Shown: piece after piece, positions 1-10,337 of the stretch
How positions within the stretch are numbered: position 1 is the stretch's first letter
Layout: the number at the start of each line of letters is the position of its first letter
Assembly: GCF_000829235.1 (NCBI RefSeq)
Contig: NZ_AP012549.1
Span: forward strand, 660,001-692,000
Source: a cyanobacterium endosymbiont of Epithemia turgida isolate EtSB Lake Yunoko
Lineage (GTDB): Bacteria > Cyanobacteriota > Cyanobacteriia > Cyanobacteriales > Microcystaceae
Direction: 5' to 3'
Length of the DNA stretch: 32,000 bases
Notes under the pieces: model-generated
Databases searched by the model: none
Told to the model about the DNA's origin: nothing
The model's input: the letters and a program-made list of their open reading frames with translations, nothing else
Made by a program: the position numbers and the translations under genes

Positions 1-2217
1 CATCACTTACCGGTAGACTATTGAGCTAAAGGAGAATTTTCTTATTATCAAGGGGAATATATTAAACGACAGCGATCATAAGTAAAAAATGTAGATATTT
101 GTTTTTCTGGCAAAATTACAGTAACATCGATTAACATTTAGTAAAAGCTGCCAATGTTATCAAGAATTAATTCTTAGGTCAACTGTGGCAAAAACCTCTT
201 GATCCTATCAGCATTATTGACACTATTAATTTTTTCTGATTTTTCTTACTGCTTTACCGCAAGAAATTTTTGTAATTGTGGATAATAATTTCAGGTTGTT
301 AGTCATTGCTTATTTTATATTTTTAGATTCCATTTTTTTAAAAAAGTCATTGCTGAAGGAGCACTATTAACTATGAAAATTTTATTTGGATTAATATGTG
401 AAGGACTAGCATCAACAGTAGTAATTGTGAAATTATTATTGGTATAAAATCAGAGAGTTTTAGCTGTAATAGTGGTCACCATGAGGTTTATTCTCTTGTC
501 CACTACATTGCGTCATAGCTTACAATAAAGGATGAGCGACATGAGTAATTGTTACATCAAGAACCTTAAAAAAATTAATTACTTCCAGTGTAGTCTTAGT
601 AGTTCTTGTTGATCAATTAAGAATACCGACAAAGAAAGTTTTTGTTTATTGGTTATATGATTCCTGAGAATATGATAGCAGAGGTGTCTTGTTTTTATGT
701 TATTATTTTATCTTTTTTATATTTGAATATTGCTATCTATTTACTAATAGAAAAAAGTACTATAAAAAAAATTATCCAAAAAAATTTTGCGAGCTATGTT
801 ACTACCGTTACTATTATTTTTATTAGTATTAGATACTATTTTGGGTACTATTTCCCTAGAAGCATATACATTTGTAGAGTTATAAACTGCTATAGTAGCA
901 GTATCTAATGAACGATTAAGTTGAGTTTCTTTAAAATAAGTTTGTGATGTAAAATCATAAGTGATAACTATACTAATTTTTATCTGTTTTTATATTTTTT
1001 TGTTGATTTTATATTTTAAGCATGAGCTAGTAGTTACTTTATGTTAGTTCTACTAACAAATCTACCAATAGGATAAATAAAATTTTTATTAGTTAGTCTC
1101 ATAAAAATTTTATTTAATGTTTTTTTATTTGTATTTTAAAACTGACTGCAGGAACATTAGACTAAGATTTAATGGAACAGGAGGTGATTATAATAGCTAA
1201 TTTGTAGACCTAATTTTATCTTATTTAAGTCGTAGAGAAATTACTTTTATTTCATTTTAAGTATCGTTACTTATTTTAATTATTAATTAATATTTATTGG
1301 GGTATTTTTTATCCTCTCTAGATTATTTATAATTTTAATAAGTTCAAACTGGTAATAGTTTAGATACATTAGATAATATTCTATATGTAGAAATCATATT
1401 TATACTAAAAAACACCAGTAGATTATTTTAAAATATCTAATAGCTTCATAATTTAAAAGTTAGTGAATGGTTTGTTTTTTTTAGTATTATACAGGCAAGT
1501 TACACAAAACTTTAAATATAAGTATATGTTCAAAAGCAATGATTTAGTACATTTAAAGCATCATAATTTATAGTCAAAATTAATTAAATTAGTCTTCTTT
1601 AGAAGAGTTTAATGGTAACAGCGAAAATACAATGCTAGACCATTTTTTATCTTCGTTAATAGCTAGTTTGGAGAAGTTATGCTAAAACTTAGCAGAGGAT
1701 TAGTTAGCTTTGTATTTTAATATTTGCTAATTAACTATTATATTTAATAACGTAAAATTATGTTTTTGATTTTCCTAATTTGACTTAGTTTAAATAAACT
1801 CATTTTATTCTTAAAGTATTTACTGATGATTGTTTAATATTATATTTATTAATACAACAAATAAAATATTTTTTTGATCAGTAATTTTAAAAACATTACC
1901 TTTAATTTTTAAAGTATTCACTACATTTATAAAGGATAAATATTAATAGTATAAGTATCAAATAATTCAAAAAATATCAACAGGTTCAAATTCAAGAAAT
2001 TTTACTGCAGCAGAATAAAAGATTTTATATTCACTATCTATAAGGGGCTTAATACACATAAAATTTTAAAAATAATTTTTTGTATTACTTGAACTTTGAA
2101 TAATTAGAATATTATGTTTTTATTTCTTATATATTTTAAGAAAGTAAAATTTTTTATAATGTAGATAACATCTTAAAAAATAAATAATAAATAGTGTATT
2201 TATTACTTTTTTTGTAC

Positions 2218-2243
2218 AAAAAAGTAGGTGGACATTGCCCACC
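2218..2243 (-). terminator. candidate intrinsic terminator of lpdA
   Basis: On the minus strand, 8 nt after the lpdA stop: GGTGG (2239-2243 complement), a 7-nt loop, CCACC, then TAC-TTTTTT. The stem is only 5 bp, so this is weak. Confidence 0.35.
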
Positions 2244-2251
2244 ATACAAAA

Positions 2252-3682
2252 TTAAATTGCTAAATCAGCCCGTTTAAATGCTTCATCGATGACTTCTGAT
2301 AAAGTAGGATGAGCATGAATATTAAACGCCAAGTTTCGTACAGACTGATGTTGAGCAATCGCATTGGCTGCTTCTTGAATTAAATCTGAGGCATGAATCC
2401 CAATAATATGGACTCCCAATATTTCCCCTGTACCCTGATGATAAATTATTTTAGCAATACCATCGGTTTCCCCTTCTGCTAAGGCTTTAGAATTACTCTT
2501 GAAATGAGTCTTAACCGAGGCTATGGTAAACCCTTCTTTTTTCCCTAATTCTCTCGCTGCGGGTTCAGTTAACCCAACATAACTAATTTCGGGATGGGTA
2601 AAAGCAGCAGCCGGAATACTACGATAATTAATCGTTTTATCTCGTCCACAAATATTTTCTACTGCGATCACTCCTTGTCCTGAAGCAGCATGGGCTAACA
2701 TCATTTTGCCTGTTGCATCTCCCACAGCCCACAAGTGAGGGACAATTTTCCCGTCTGATAAGACTTCTAAGCGCTCATTAACGGGAATAAATCCTCGTTG
2801 AGTTTCAATACCAATGTTTTCCAATCCCAAGTTTTTCGTTGCGGGCATGCGTCCAGTTGCTACTAGACAAGCATCTACTTCTAGGAAATTTACAACTTCT
2901 TTTGTCTTTGCATCAGTTAATTCAATGGTAACAGGAGAACCTGGAACAACTTTGGTAGCCAATATACCAGAATATGTTTCAATATCACGAGGTTTAATTA
3001 ATACCCGTTCAGCAACTTTTGAAATATCTGGATCAAAGCCTGGCATTAGATTATCTAATGCTTCAATCATGGTTACTTCACATCCCAAGGCGGTATAGAT
3101 ATCTGAAAACTCTAACCCAATATAACCACTACCAATAATTGCTATCCACTGGGGCAGAATTTCTAATTTAACTGCCTCATCACTGGTAAAAACAGTTTTA
3201 TGATCAATTTCAATACCATGAGGGACAAAAGGGACTGACCCGGGACACAATATAATATCTTTTGCGGTGATAAATTTTTCCTCATCATTAGTCAACACAC
3301 TAATTCTTTGGTTATCAATAATTTTCCCCCATCCTTTGATGGTATTAACTTTAAGACGGTTTAAACTTTTAGTAAGATCACTCCGAATTTTATTAACTAA
3401 ATTAGTAGCATGATCCGCGATTAATTCTCGTTGAAAACCGACTCCATCGACTTGAATTCCCAAACTCTTAAGGTGATGAGTATTTTGTAATGCTCTTACC
3501 CTTCCTGATGCAGCTAGGAGGGCTTTAGATGGGATACATCCTCGATTAACACAAGTTCCTCCCATGTCTTTTGCTTCAATGATAGCGGTTTTTAGTCCAC
3601 AATTAACGGCATGAACAGCTGCCCCATGACCTCCAACTCCCGCGCCAATAATAACTAGATCATAATCAAACCGATTACTCAT
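2252..3682 (-). CDS. lpdA: dihydrolipoyl dehydrogenase (E3 component of 2-oxoacid dehydrogenase complexes)
   Basis: 476-aa ORF with ATG start and TAA stop. FAD fold [12 protein letters not shown], redox-active disulfide [16 protein letters not shown] fold [11 protein letters not shown] and C-terminal HAHPTLSE motif. Confidence 0.95.
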   Translation of the reverse strand: MSNRFDYDLVIIGAGVGGHGAAVHAVNCGLKTAIIEAKDMGGTCVNRGCIPSKALLAASGRVRALQNTHHLKSLGIQVDGVGFQRELIADHATNLVNKIRSDLTKSLNRLKVNTIKGWGKIIDNQRISVLTNDEEKFITAKDIILCPGSVPFVPHGIEIDHKTVFTSDEAVKLEILPQWIAIIGSGYIGLEFSDIYTALGCEVTMIEALDNLMPGFDPDISKVAERVLIKPRDIETYSGILATKVVPGSPVTIELTDAKTKEVVNFLEVDACLVATGRMPATKNLGLENIGIETQRGFIPVNERLEVLSDGKIVPHLWAVGDATGKMMLAHAASGQGVIAVENICGRDKTINYRSIPAAAFTHPEISYVGLTEPAARELGKKEGFTIASVKTHFKSNSKALAEGETDGIAKIIYHQGTGEILGVHIIGIHASDLIQEAANAIAQHQSVRNLAFNIHAHPTLSEVIDEAFKRADLAI

Positions 3683-4062
3683 ATACGTTTTCCTTGTAAT
3701 ACTATTAATTTTTAGTCTAGAGTAGTTCGGGTAGGAGTGATACCAATATAATTATTTTACTTTTGTAACTAAATTTTAAAACCTGTAGCAATTTTACTGG
3801 AGTTAATAGTCTTTTTAAGAATTAATCTAATATTTTTTACTTTAATTTTTAGTATTTAAAATAATTATTAATAAAATTTAATATAAACCTCTATCAATAG
3901 ATTTCTAAAATAGAATAAGTTTGTTTTTAACATAGTCAAATACTGTTATATAAAAAATAGAATTAACAAAATAACTCTAGTAAAGAAGATTATGTCTCCC
4001 CAAAATCATGTATTAGCTATAATTAAAATATTTGGTTGCTTATTTTAATTGGATAAATCAGC

Positions 4063-4118
4063 AATTATATTTATTAGGTAAAATTTTAAATTTAGTATTT
4101 TACCTAATAAATATAATT
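4063..4118. repeat. perfect 22-bp inverted repeat (hairpin) with 12-nt loop
   Basis: 4063-4084 aattatatttattaggtaaaat is the exact reverse complement of 4097-4118 attttacctaataaatataatt. The loop is tttaaatttagt. It lies in the divergent lpdA-tyrA spacer. Confidence 0.9.
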
Positions 4119-4389
4119 AATTCAAAAACTTTAACTCTATGTTAACTTAAATATAAGCGTTTTTCTATTTTATTCTGACTTGGTTTATTATGTTTACATT
4201 AGATTGGTTAATATGGAGTACTATCCGAAATACTTTAGGAAAAATCAAGATAACACATCATATTTCGTGTAATACATATAAATATTGCACTAGCAATTAT
4301 TTTCTAAATTTTCCAGTCAATTTATAAATATCCGACATATAACAAGCTATTAATCGTATTAACTATAGTTCAGTCTTAAGTATTAATTT

Positions 4390-5226
4390 ATGAAAATAGG
4401 AATTATTGGACTGGGTTTAATTGGGGGGTCGTTAGGATTAGATCTACGAGAGCACGGACATACCATTCTAGGAGTTTCTCGGAAAGAAAGCACCTGTAAA
4501 CGGGCCATAGAACGAGGAGTAGTGGATGAAGCTAGTATTGATTTACAATCATTAGGTAATGCAGACATCATTTTTATTTGTACTCCCATCAGATTAATTA
4601 TTCCTACGTTAGAACAGTTAATTTCTTATTTAAACGCCAAAACAATTGTTACTGATGTGGGTTCGGTTAAAACGTCAATTGTAAAACAAGGTTCTAAGCT
4701 ATGGGATAAATTTATTGGAGGACATCCTATGGCTGGAACTGCAGAACAGGGAATAGACGCAGCACAGAAAAAATTGTTCGAAAATGCTCCCTATGTTATT
4801 ACTCCAACTGAAAATAATCTCTCTAAAGACGTTGAGACACTTAAAACTATAGCGAATGAATTAGGCTCTAAGGTTTATACTTGTACATCAGAAAATCATG
4901 ACTGTGCAGTTGCTTGGATCTCTCATTTACCAGTTATGATTAGTGCTAGTCTAATTAGTACTTGTTTGGCAGAAAAAAAAGATTTAATTTTTGAATTAGC
5001 TAAAAACTTAGCTAGTTCAGGATTTAGAGATACCAGTAGGGTCGGTGGAGGAAACCCTGAATTGGGAGTAATGATAGCAGAATACAACCAAAAAGCATTG
5101 TTACGCTCACTTTCAGAATATCGTCAACAATTAGACCAGATTATTAATTTAATTGAACATAATGATTGGCCAAAACTAGAAAAAATTTTGCGAGAAACTA
5201 AGCAAGGAAGATCCAATTTTTTGTAA
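4390..5226 (+). CDS. tyrA: arogenate/prephenate dehydrogenase (cyanobacterial TyrA type)
   Basis: 278-aa ORF. N-terminal dinucleotide fold MKIGIIGLGLIGGSLG, GGHPMAGT and SSGFRDTSRVGGGNPELG motifs. Length and sequence are typical of the ~279-aa cyanobacterial arogenate dehydrogenases. Confidence 0.9.
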   Translation: MKIGIIGLGLIGGSLGLDLREHGHTILGVSRKESTCKRAIERGVVDEASIDLQSLGNADIIFICTPIRLIIPTLEQLISYLNAKTIVTDVGSVKTSIVKQGSKLWDKFIGGHPMAGTAEQGIDAAQKKLFENAPYVITPTENNLSKDVETLKTIANELGSKVYTCTSENHDCAVAWISHLPVMISASLISTCLAEKKDLIFELAKNLASSGFRDTSRVGGGNPELGVMIAEYNQKALLRSLSEYRQQLDQIINLIEHNDWPKLEKILRETKQGRSNFL

Positions 5227-5544
5227 ATATAAATAACATAAATCCACTGGAAATACATAAAAAATCTAAGTTTAATTTTTTCCTGTCTAGTTGATGTTTC
5301 CCTTTTTCAAAAAAAGCTAAATATTGTTAAATCTAGAACCAAACCTATTTAATTGACTACCTGTTCTTTAGTAAAGATTAATGACAATTAAAGTTCTCAA
5401 ACTGACTGATCATTATGGTATCCTACAAAAATTTACACAGCAAGGTAGTTGCGAAAAAAAAATCGGAGATCTTTCAAAGAAACTTGTACAGTAGATCAAA
5501 ATGATTTTTGCCGATACTATACCATAGCTAACATAAAGATTCCG

Positions 5545-6936
5545 ATGAGTACACTAACCTTGACATTATCTCTACTTGACTTAGTTTCTAAGCTACCCCT
5601 GTTGACCACAGTAAATAAAGGCGAGGCTGACGGCGCATTAATTTTAGCCGGTGTCCTTTTGAGTTTAGTGGTTATTTATTTTGCCAGTAAACTCGGAGGA
5701 GAGCTCTGTTTTCGGATTAATCTTCCTCCCGTGTTAGGAGAGCTCGTTGGAGGTGTAGCTATCGGAGTTTCAGCCCTAGGTTTATTAGTCTTTCCTGAAG
5801 GAGGAGCAAGTGCTGACGATTCAGCCCTCATGCAATTTTTGCAATTTACTACAGATTTAAACCCCGAAAGCATACAAGCCATATTTTCAGCTCAAGGAGA
5901 ATTTATTTCTATCTTGTCGGAATTAGGGATCATAATTCTATTATTTGAAATTGGTTTAGAATCAAATCTTAAAGAACTAATTCGCGTTGGACCCCAGGCA
6001 GTAGTTATCGCCATTGTCGGTGTTGTTACTCCTTTTATTCTAGGGACATTAGGTTTAGTCTATTTATTCAACATTCCCATGATTCCTTCTGTATTTGCGG
6101 GGGCTGCTTTGACTGCTACCAGCATTGGAATTACCGCCAAGGTGTTGGCCGAAATTGGTCGTCTAAGTTCTTCAGAAGGACAAATTATTATTGGGGCGGC
6201 TGTCTTAGACGACATCCTAGGAATTATTATTCTGGCAGTTGTGGGTAGTTTAGTCAAAACTGGTGAGATTCAAGTAGTCAATCTTATTTATCTTATTATT
6301 AGTGCTGCAGCCTTTTTAATTGGGGCGATTCTAATTGGCCGACTGTTTAGTTCTCTCTACGTTAAATTAGTTAATGAGATGAAGACTAGAGGACAACTTC
6401 TATTGATTTCTTTAAGTTTTGCTTTTGTTTTATCTTACATTGCTCAGGCGATCCAATTAGAAGCGATTCTTGGTTCCTTTACAGCTGGTTTAATTCTTGC
6501 AGAAACTGAGAAACGAAAAGAACTTGAAGAACAAATTGTCGCTGTCTCTGATATTTTTGTCCCGATTTTCTTTGTATGTGTGGGAGCAAAAACAGATTTA
6601 AGCGTCTTAAATCCAACTATTCCCAGTAATCGAGAAGGGTTAATTATCGCAGCTTTCTTAGTTATCGTGGCGATCATTGGTAAAGTGGTAACTGGATTTA
6701 CTATTTTGGGGCAGCCTCATCTCAATAAACTTGCCATTGGCGTTGGCATGATTCCGCGAGGCGAGGTGGGATTAGTGTTTGCTGGAGTGGGGGCTGCTAG
6801 TGGGGCCTTAAGCCAGTCCACCGAAGCAGCCATTATTATGATGGTTATTCTGACAACTTTTATTGCTCCCCCTTGGTTACGAATTGTCTTTAAAGAGCTA
6901 GTTCCCACGACTCAAGAAAAAGAGTCCAGTTCTTAA
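5545..6936 (+). CDS. cation:proton antiporter (CPA2 / Na+/H+ exchanger family membrane protein)
   Basis: Polytopic hydrophobic ORF with typical Na_H_exchanger segments (LGELVGGVAIG, ILLFEIGLE, MIPRGEVGLVFA). I prefer the ATG at 5545 (MSTLTLTL...). The ORF-track start at 5449 is a TTG that adds a basic, non-membrane 32-aa leader. Confidence 0.85.
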   Translation: MSTLTLTLSLLDLVSKLPLLTTVNKGEADGALILAGVLLSLVVIYFASKLGGELCFRINLPPVLGELVGGVAIGVSALGLLVFPEGGASADDSALMQFLQFTTDLNPESIQAIFSAQGEFISILSELGIIILLFEIGLESNLKELIRVGPQAVVIAIVGVVTPFILGTLGLVYLFNIPMIPSVFAGAALTATSIGITAKVLAEIGRLSSSEGQIIIGAAVLDDILGIIILAVVGSLVKTGEIQVVNLIYLIISAAAFLIGAILIGRLFSSLYVKLVNEMKTRGQLLLISLSFAFVLSYIAQAIQLEAILGSFTAGLILAETEKRKELEEQIVAVSDIFVPIFFVCVGAKTDLSVLNPTIPSNREGLIIAAFLVIVAIIGKVVTGFTILGQPHLNKLAIGVGMIPRGEVGLVFAGVGAASGALSQSTEAAIIMMVILTTFIAPPWLRIVFKELVPTTQEKESSS

Positions 6937-7330
6937 CAAGAGCTATCAAGATTTGTTGACAACAGACTAGAGTTATTTGAAACCTGAATAAAAGAGTTTT
7001 CGTCTTTTGGTTTTGGTGGAGCAGGCCTTTACAATAATAAGTAGCACTTTTGATCATTATTGGCACAATTTAAACGGTCAACTGAAGGAAGTGGAAAAAA
7101 TCTCCTTTCTTTGTTACCAGAATTTATGTAGTGTGTCGTCGGTATTAACGAATTAAGTAAGGCAAGGTTAAACATCTAAAACTTTTACTTAATGAGTTGT
7201 TCAATAGTTATTCGATTTTATCAAATCTCTCTTGCCGACGTGCAGTACCAACCCCCAAACTCAACGAGAGAATCGCTATAATTTCTTCAACCTGTCCAAC
7301 AGCCACCTTTGTGTCACAGGAGCAATCATT

Positions 7331-9160
7331 GTGAGATTTCACTGGCTATTACTGAGTATCTTAAGTACATTATTGTTCACCCTCCCAGCACAAGCAGGAA
7401 GGCTTTTATATTGGCGTTTTGAGTCAAATGATAATCGCTTAGTTTTTACTACTGACTCTCAAGTTCAACCTAGAGCTCAATTGATTCCTGATCCAACCCG
7501 TGTTGTCCTTGACTTACCTGGAATTATTTTGGAGCGTCCTAGTGTTAATCAAGCAATTGGAGGAACGATTAAAAGTGTTCGAATAGGACAGTTCAATGCT
7601 CAAACCACCCGATTGGTGATAGAACTGGCCCCAGGATATACTCTCGATCCTCAGAAAGTTACAGTTAAAGGAATTTCTCCTACTCAATGGACTGTAGACC
7701 TTCCCACTCCCCAACGAATTGCTCGTCCATCAACCTCTCCTTCTCTACCTCCGCGCTCTACCCCTGCGCCTCTTCGTCCTCTCTCTAGACCTCCGGTTCC
7801 GAATTACAATGACTTTCAAATAACCCGTAGTGGCCTTTTTATTAACTTAGAACGCAACGGAAGTAACAGTCAAATGCAAATAACCCGTAGTGATGACCAA
7901 AAAACTATTGAGTTTATTTTGCCAGAGGCTTCCCTTCCCCAGTCACTTCTTAACCAAACCCAATCGGTAAATAAGTATGGGGTCAGTGAAATTCGATTTG
8001 AGCAAACCCTAACTTCAACCCCAGAAGCTCGCGTTACGATACGGGTAGATGAAGATAGCCCTAACTGGCAAGGCTATTATTCCAGGTTAGGAGGGCTAGT
8101 TCTCATGCCAAAAGGGGGTATTTCTCAAGTCAGAGATTTAACTTACCCTAAGCTATCAGCTAACAATAATTCTAGTAGCTCAGTTTCCCAAAACCAACTA
8201 CCAACTATTTCTGCTATTCAACTAAGTAACAATAATACTCAACTGTTAATTCAGTCTAATCAACCTATTAGAGGGCGTGGTAATATTGACCGACGGACAG
8301 GAGTGTATACCATTAACATTCCTAATACTCAACTAGCTGAACCGGTAGTAGGCCCGCAACTAGGGAAAAATAGTCCCATTTACGAGTTGAAGGTTCGTCA
8401 ACTCAAACCTGAATCGGTGGAAATTTTAGTAAAACCGTCTTTAGGGATTCGCTTTGGGAGGCTCACTCAGCCCAATCAACAGGTCTTAGCTTTAGATGTT
8501 CATTCTGTACGAACTTTGACTATTAGTCCTGATCCTAAGCCGATTAACATTCTCCCTCCGGCAAATGCCTCTCCAATTATCCCTGATTCGACTAACTCTT
8601 CTTCTGGAGCTCCTAAGGAAGGAGTACTTGTCATTATTGACCCCGGACATGGAGGTAAAGATCCAGGAGCGGTAGGACTCAAAGGATTACAGGAAAAAAA
8701 TGTTATTCTTCCTATTTCTTTAGATGTTTCTCGCTTATTACAAGAACAAGGGGTTCAAGTTAAGTTGACACGCAGCGCAGATTATTTTGTAAGTTTACGA
8801 GGACGGGCTGATTTAGCCAATCGAGTGGGAGCCGATATTTTTGTGAGTATCCATGCTAATGCAGTTGGTGGGAGTCGTTCCCACATCAATGGGATGGAAG
8901 TTTTTTATTATGGACATCCAGATTTATCAGAAGCTATTCACCGCAGTATTATCCGTAGTATTGATGTGGATGATCGTGGGGTAAAAAAAGGACGGTTCTA
9001 TGTCTTGAGAAAGTCAGGAATGCCGGCTTCTTTGGTGGAAGTTGGCTTTGTAACGGGGACTGAAGACAATCGTAAATTGAGTGATCCTGCTTATCGTCTT
9101 AAAATGGCTCAGGCGATCGCCAAAGGAATTTTGGATTATATTCAACAAAAAAAACTTTAA
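7331..9160 (+). CDS. amiC: N-acetylmuramoyl-L-alanine amidase with N-terminal AMIN repeats (AmiC type)
   Basis: C-terminal Amidase_3 domain (VIIDPGHGGKDPGA, IFVSIHANA, ASLVEVGFVTG). Upstream are AMIN-like repeats and a Pro-rich linker (PSTSPSLPPRSTPAPLRPLSRPPVP). GTG at 7331 gives a signal peptide M-RFHWLLLSILSTLLFTLPAQA. The TTG at 7232 in the ORF track is less likely. Confidence 0.85.
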   Translation: MRFHWLLLSILSTLLFTLPAQAGRLLYWRFESNDNRLVFTTDSQVQPRAQLIPDPTRVVLDLPGIILERPSVNQAIGGTIKSVRIGQFNAQTTRLVIELAPGYTLDPQKVTVKGISPTQWTVDLPTPQRIARPSTSPSLPPRSTPAPLRPLSRPPVPNYNDFQITRSGLFINLERNGSNSQMQITRSDDQKTIEFILPEASLPQSLLNQTQSVNKYGVSEIRFEQTLTSTPEARVTIRVDEDSPNWQGYYSRLGGLVLMPKGGISQVRDLTYPKLSANNNSSSSVSQNQLPTISAIQLSNNNTQLLIQSNQPIRGRGNIDRRTGVYTINIPNTQLAEPVVGPQLGKNSPIYELKVRQLKPESVEILVKPSLGIRFGRLTQPNQQVLALDVHSVRTLTISPDPKPINILPPANASPIIPDSTNSSSGAPKEGVLVIIDPGHGGKDPGAVGLKGLQEKNVILPISLDVSRLLQEQGVQVKLTRSADYFVSLRGRADLANRVGADIFVSIHANAVGGSRSHINGMEVFYYGHPDLSEAIHRSIIRSIDVDDRGVKKGRFYVLRKSGMPASLVEVGFVTGTEDNRKLSDPAYRLKMAQAIAKGILDYIQQKKL

Positions 9161-9251
9161 GATATATTTATCTTCCCAAGATATATTTACTTCTCTGAAG
9201 ATTTTGTGTTTCAATTATGAACAACTTAAAGTGTGGTGTGTTAAATTGTTT

Positions 9252-10097
9252 ATGAACAACGTTCAAAACAGTCCCATTGGTGTCTTTGATAGTGGCGTGG
9301 GGGGACTAACCGTTTTGCGAGAACTTTACCAACAGTTGCCCCAGGAGTCGATCATTTATTTTGCAGACACAGCTCGTTTGCCTTATGGAAATCGTTCTGA
9401 GTCGGAAATTTTGCGGTTTGTTCGAGAAATTCTCGTCTGGATGAACCAACAAAACGTAAAGATGGTAATTATGGCTTGTAATACCAGTTCAGCCTTGGCA
9501 TTAGAGACAGTCCGCAGCGAGTTTAATTTTCCTATTTTAGGGGTTATCTTGCCAGGGGCAAGGGCAGCAGTTCAACAAGGTCAACGCATTGGGGTTATTT
9601 CCACCCCAGCAACGGCAAAGAGTGGTGCTTATCGTCAAGCAATTCAAGAAATTAACCCTGATGCTCAAGTTTGGCAAATAGGATGTCCTGAATTTGTTCC
9701 CCTAATTGAACAAAACCGAATTTATGACCCCTATACAAAACAGGTCGCTCTACAGTATGTGAGTCCACTACTGGCTCGTAATATTGATACTCTAATCTAC
9801 GGGTGTACCCATTATCGTCATCTTGCTCCCATCTTTCGTGAAATTCTCCCCTCAACTGTCAACCTCATCGATCCTGCCAGTTTTGTGGTACAAGCTGCTG
9901 AAAAAGAGTTGAAATTAATGGGATTATACCGAAATTATACTGCTCAAGCTACTCGTTTTTATGTCAGTGGTTGTCCTAAGACTTTTCCTAAGGTTTCCCA
10001 ACAATGGTTAGGTTATTGTCCAGTCGTTGAGTCGGTTTCCCTTCCGAAAATAATGAGATCTTCCTGGGCTCGGGAAGAAACTGAAATTCTTGAATAG
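9252..10097 (+). CDS. murI: glutamate racemase
   Basis: From ATG 9252: MNNVQNSPIGVFDSGVGGLTV, MACNTSS and GCTHY catalytic-cysteine motifs. The ORF-track extension from 9081 overlaps amiC and is not homologous. It lies directly downstream of amiC, forming a cell-wall gene pair. Confidence 0.9.
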   Translation: MNNVQNSPIGVFDSGVGGLTVLRELYQQLPQESIIYFADTARLPYGNRSESEILRFVREILVWMNQQNVKMVIMACNTSSALALETVRSEFNFPILGVILPGARAAVQQGQRIGVISTPATAKSGAYRQAIQEINPDAQVWQIGCPEFVPLIEQNRIYDPYTKQVALQYVSPLLARNIDTLIYGCTHYRHLAPIFREILPSTVNLIDPASFVVQAAEKELKLMGLYRNYTAQATRFYVSGCPKTFPKVSQQWLGYCPVVESVSLPKIMRSSWAREETEILE

Positions 10098-10220
10098 AAA
10101 AGGATTGGTTTGCGAGAGCCCCCTTGATACAGTTACCAATCCCGGAAGGATTAATCAATTCTTTTTGACTCGACATTTATCATTTAATTGATTAGTTATC
10201 GTTGATGATTATGGATTTCT

Positions 10221-10337
10221 TTATCCTAAATCACGACGAGGTGGAAACATCCACTTTCCCGTCCACTTAGCAAGAATAAGTAATCCGTAAATCATTAATA
10301 AATAGAGGGCAGCGAGAAGCACAGTGATCACAGGCAT
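10221..10337 (-). CDS. candidate 38-aa single-pass membrane peptide (hypothetical)
   Basis: Below the ORF-track cutoff. ATG...TAA encodes MPVITVLLAALYLLMIYGLLILAKWTGKWMFPPRRDLG, with one clear TM helix and a basic tail. GC content resembles genes rather than the deserts. I do not recognise a family. Confidence 0.3.
   Translation of the reverse strand: MPVITVLLAALYLLMIYGLLILAKWTGKWMFPPRRDLG

Noticed and set aside
1-40. A tRNA-like string at the window edge (minus strand ...tttagctcaatagtctaccgg...), and a possible C-terminal end of a gene running in from the left.
   Set aside because: TAGCTCAAT resembles a D-arm start, but no complementary GAGC follows and no cloverleaf can be drawn. The fragment is too short to support any call.
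642-908. An 88-aa ORF in the first desert. Similar ORF-track entries are 14103-14312, 13267-13524, 23910-24155, 30448-30732 and 30866-31099.
   Set aside because: Their composition is low-complexity and I/Y/F/K/N-rich, as expected from translating AT-rich DNA. They carry no motifs. Several overlap better-supported features (ridA remnant, tRNA-Leu, DUF4912 pseudogene, the 63-aa ORF) on the opposite strand.
1304-1320. A shared 14-mer attttttatcctct at about 1305 and about 16256, the latter roughly 55 nt upstream of sbcD, considered as a dispersed repeat or promoter element.
   Set aside because: There are only two copies, they are short and T-rich, and similarity does not extend into the flanks. 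This is plausibly chance in this composition.
2814-3098. Antisense or out-of-frame ORFs nested in real genes: 2814-3098, 4383-4589, 5676-5882, 6060-6257, 6444-6677, 6717-6908, 7514-7714, 8500-8682, 9014-9214, 9652-9855, 9988-10176, 11533-11727, 21046-21270, 21426-21635, 22588-22803, 23724-23933, 24338-24581, 24643-24864, 25117-25383, 27128-27319, 28410-28687.
   Set aside because: Each lies within or against a gene with strong motif support, and none has recognisable motifs. These are typical shadow ORFs.
5449-5544. N-terminal extensions implied by the ORF track: 5449 for the antiporter, 7232 for amiC, 9081 for murI, 22972 for thrB, 14593 for ndhO and 28764 for the kinase.
   Set aside because: All begin at TTG and add non-homologous residues. 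Downstream ATG or GTG starts give canonical N-termini (signal peptide, conserved first motif). The murI extension would also overlap amiC.
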